In this document: in pieces, positions 63,747 through 64,000 of the stretch
How positions within the stretch are numbered: the first letter of the stretch is position 1
Layout: the number at the start of each line of letters is the position of its first letter
DNA from: a virus
Virus record (IMG/VR): IMGVR_UViG_3300010396_000009
Location: 11,232 to 75,231 of that record
Strand: one strand, 5' to 3'
DNA length: 64,000 nucleotides
Translations under genes and position numbers: made by a program
Notes under the pieces: model-generated
Seen by the model: the letters and a program-made list of their open reading frames with translations, nothing else
Told to the model about the DNA's origin: nothing
The model's database searches: none

Positions 63747-64000
63747 TTAACTACGCCCGATGATGTTAAGCCTCATCGGCGGCAACACTACTTCCTCATA
63801 TCTGTGCTTTGGCAGGACCACCTCCTCTCCCATCTGCGGAATGAACTTGGGCTTGTCTAAGATCACCTTATGATACACGCGCTCGAATAGCAATTCGCTG
63901 CCACCCCAAAGCCACGCCTGAGCCTCCTCGCAGCTTTTCACGGTAAATGGCACCTGGAGTGTATAGATCCTGGCGGTAGATGGGCAATGGCAGATCAGGA
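63747..64000 (-). CDS. DUF6745-like protein, 5' end outside the window
   Basis: Frame open to the edge: CHCPSTARIYTLQVPFTVKSCEEAQAW. Confidence 0.6.
   Translation of the reverse strand, partial: LICHCPSTARIYTLQVPFTVKSCEEAQAWLWGGSELLFERVYHKVILDKPKFIPQMGEEVVLPKHRYEEVVLPPMRLNIIGRS

Noticed and set aside
39-63750. Numerous other plus-strand and nested ORFs in the track
   Set aside because: They overlap well-supported minus-strand genes and show no motifs or RBS; only the HNH is accepted on the plus strand.

Overview
A 64 kb fragment of a tailed dsDNA phage genome with siphovirus-type tail genes. It is densely coded, almost entirely on the minus strand; the only convincing plus-strand gene is a low-GC HNH endonuclease. 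Modules from left to right: (1) small early-type genes behind a boxA-like leader. (2) Replication and nucleotide-modification block: PolA, dNMP kinase, a thymidylate-synthase homolog with the dCMP-type Asp, a divergent C5-cytosine MTase, a MazG-like NTP pyrophosphatase, a DnaG-MCM primase-helicase fusion and an SSB-like protein. (3) A ~7 kb glycosyltransferase/methyltransferase/radical-SAM cluster directly downstream of a Cys-rich, poly-Thr (mucin-like) tail protein. (4) Tail genes: tape measure, a -1 frameshifting chaperone, tube. (5) Head genes: lambda-E-like capsid, decoration protein, Mu-like protease, gpF, portal, terminase. (6) A membrane/lipoprotein/papain-peptidase block in place of a recognisable endolysin. 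(7) A 1399-aa multidomain protein (JAB/MPN, HU/IHF and about 10 small repeated alpha/beta modules) that looks like a protease-processed capsid-internal polyprotein. (8) Accessory genes: sigma factor, ThyX, SET domain, permuted papain, VRR-NUC, UDG-like, GT-B. The best candidates for novel biology are the polyprotein with a shared putative maturation-cleavage motif, a probable virion-glycosylation system, and a glycosyl-5hmC pathway that paradoxically includes a Dcm-like enzyme. All assignments come from reading motifs by eye; no searches were run. The host is tentatively Planctomycetota (inference only).
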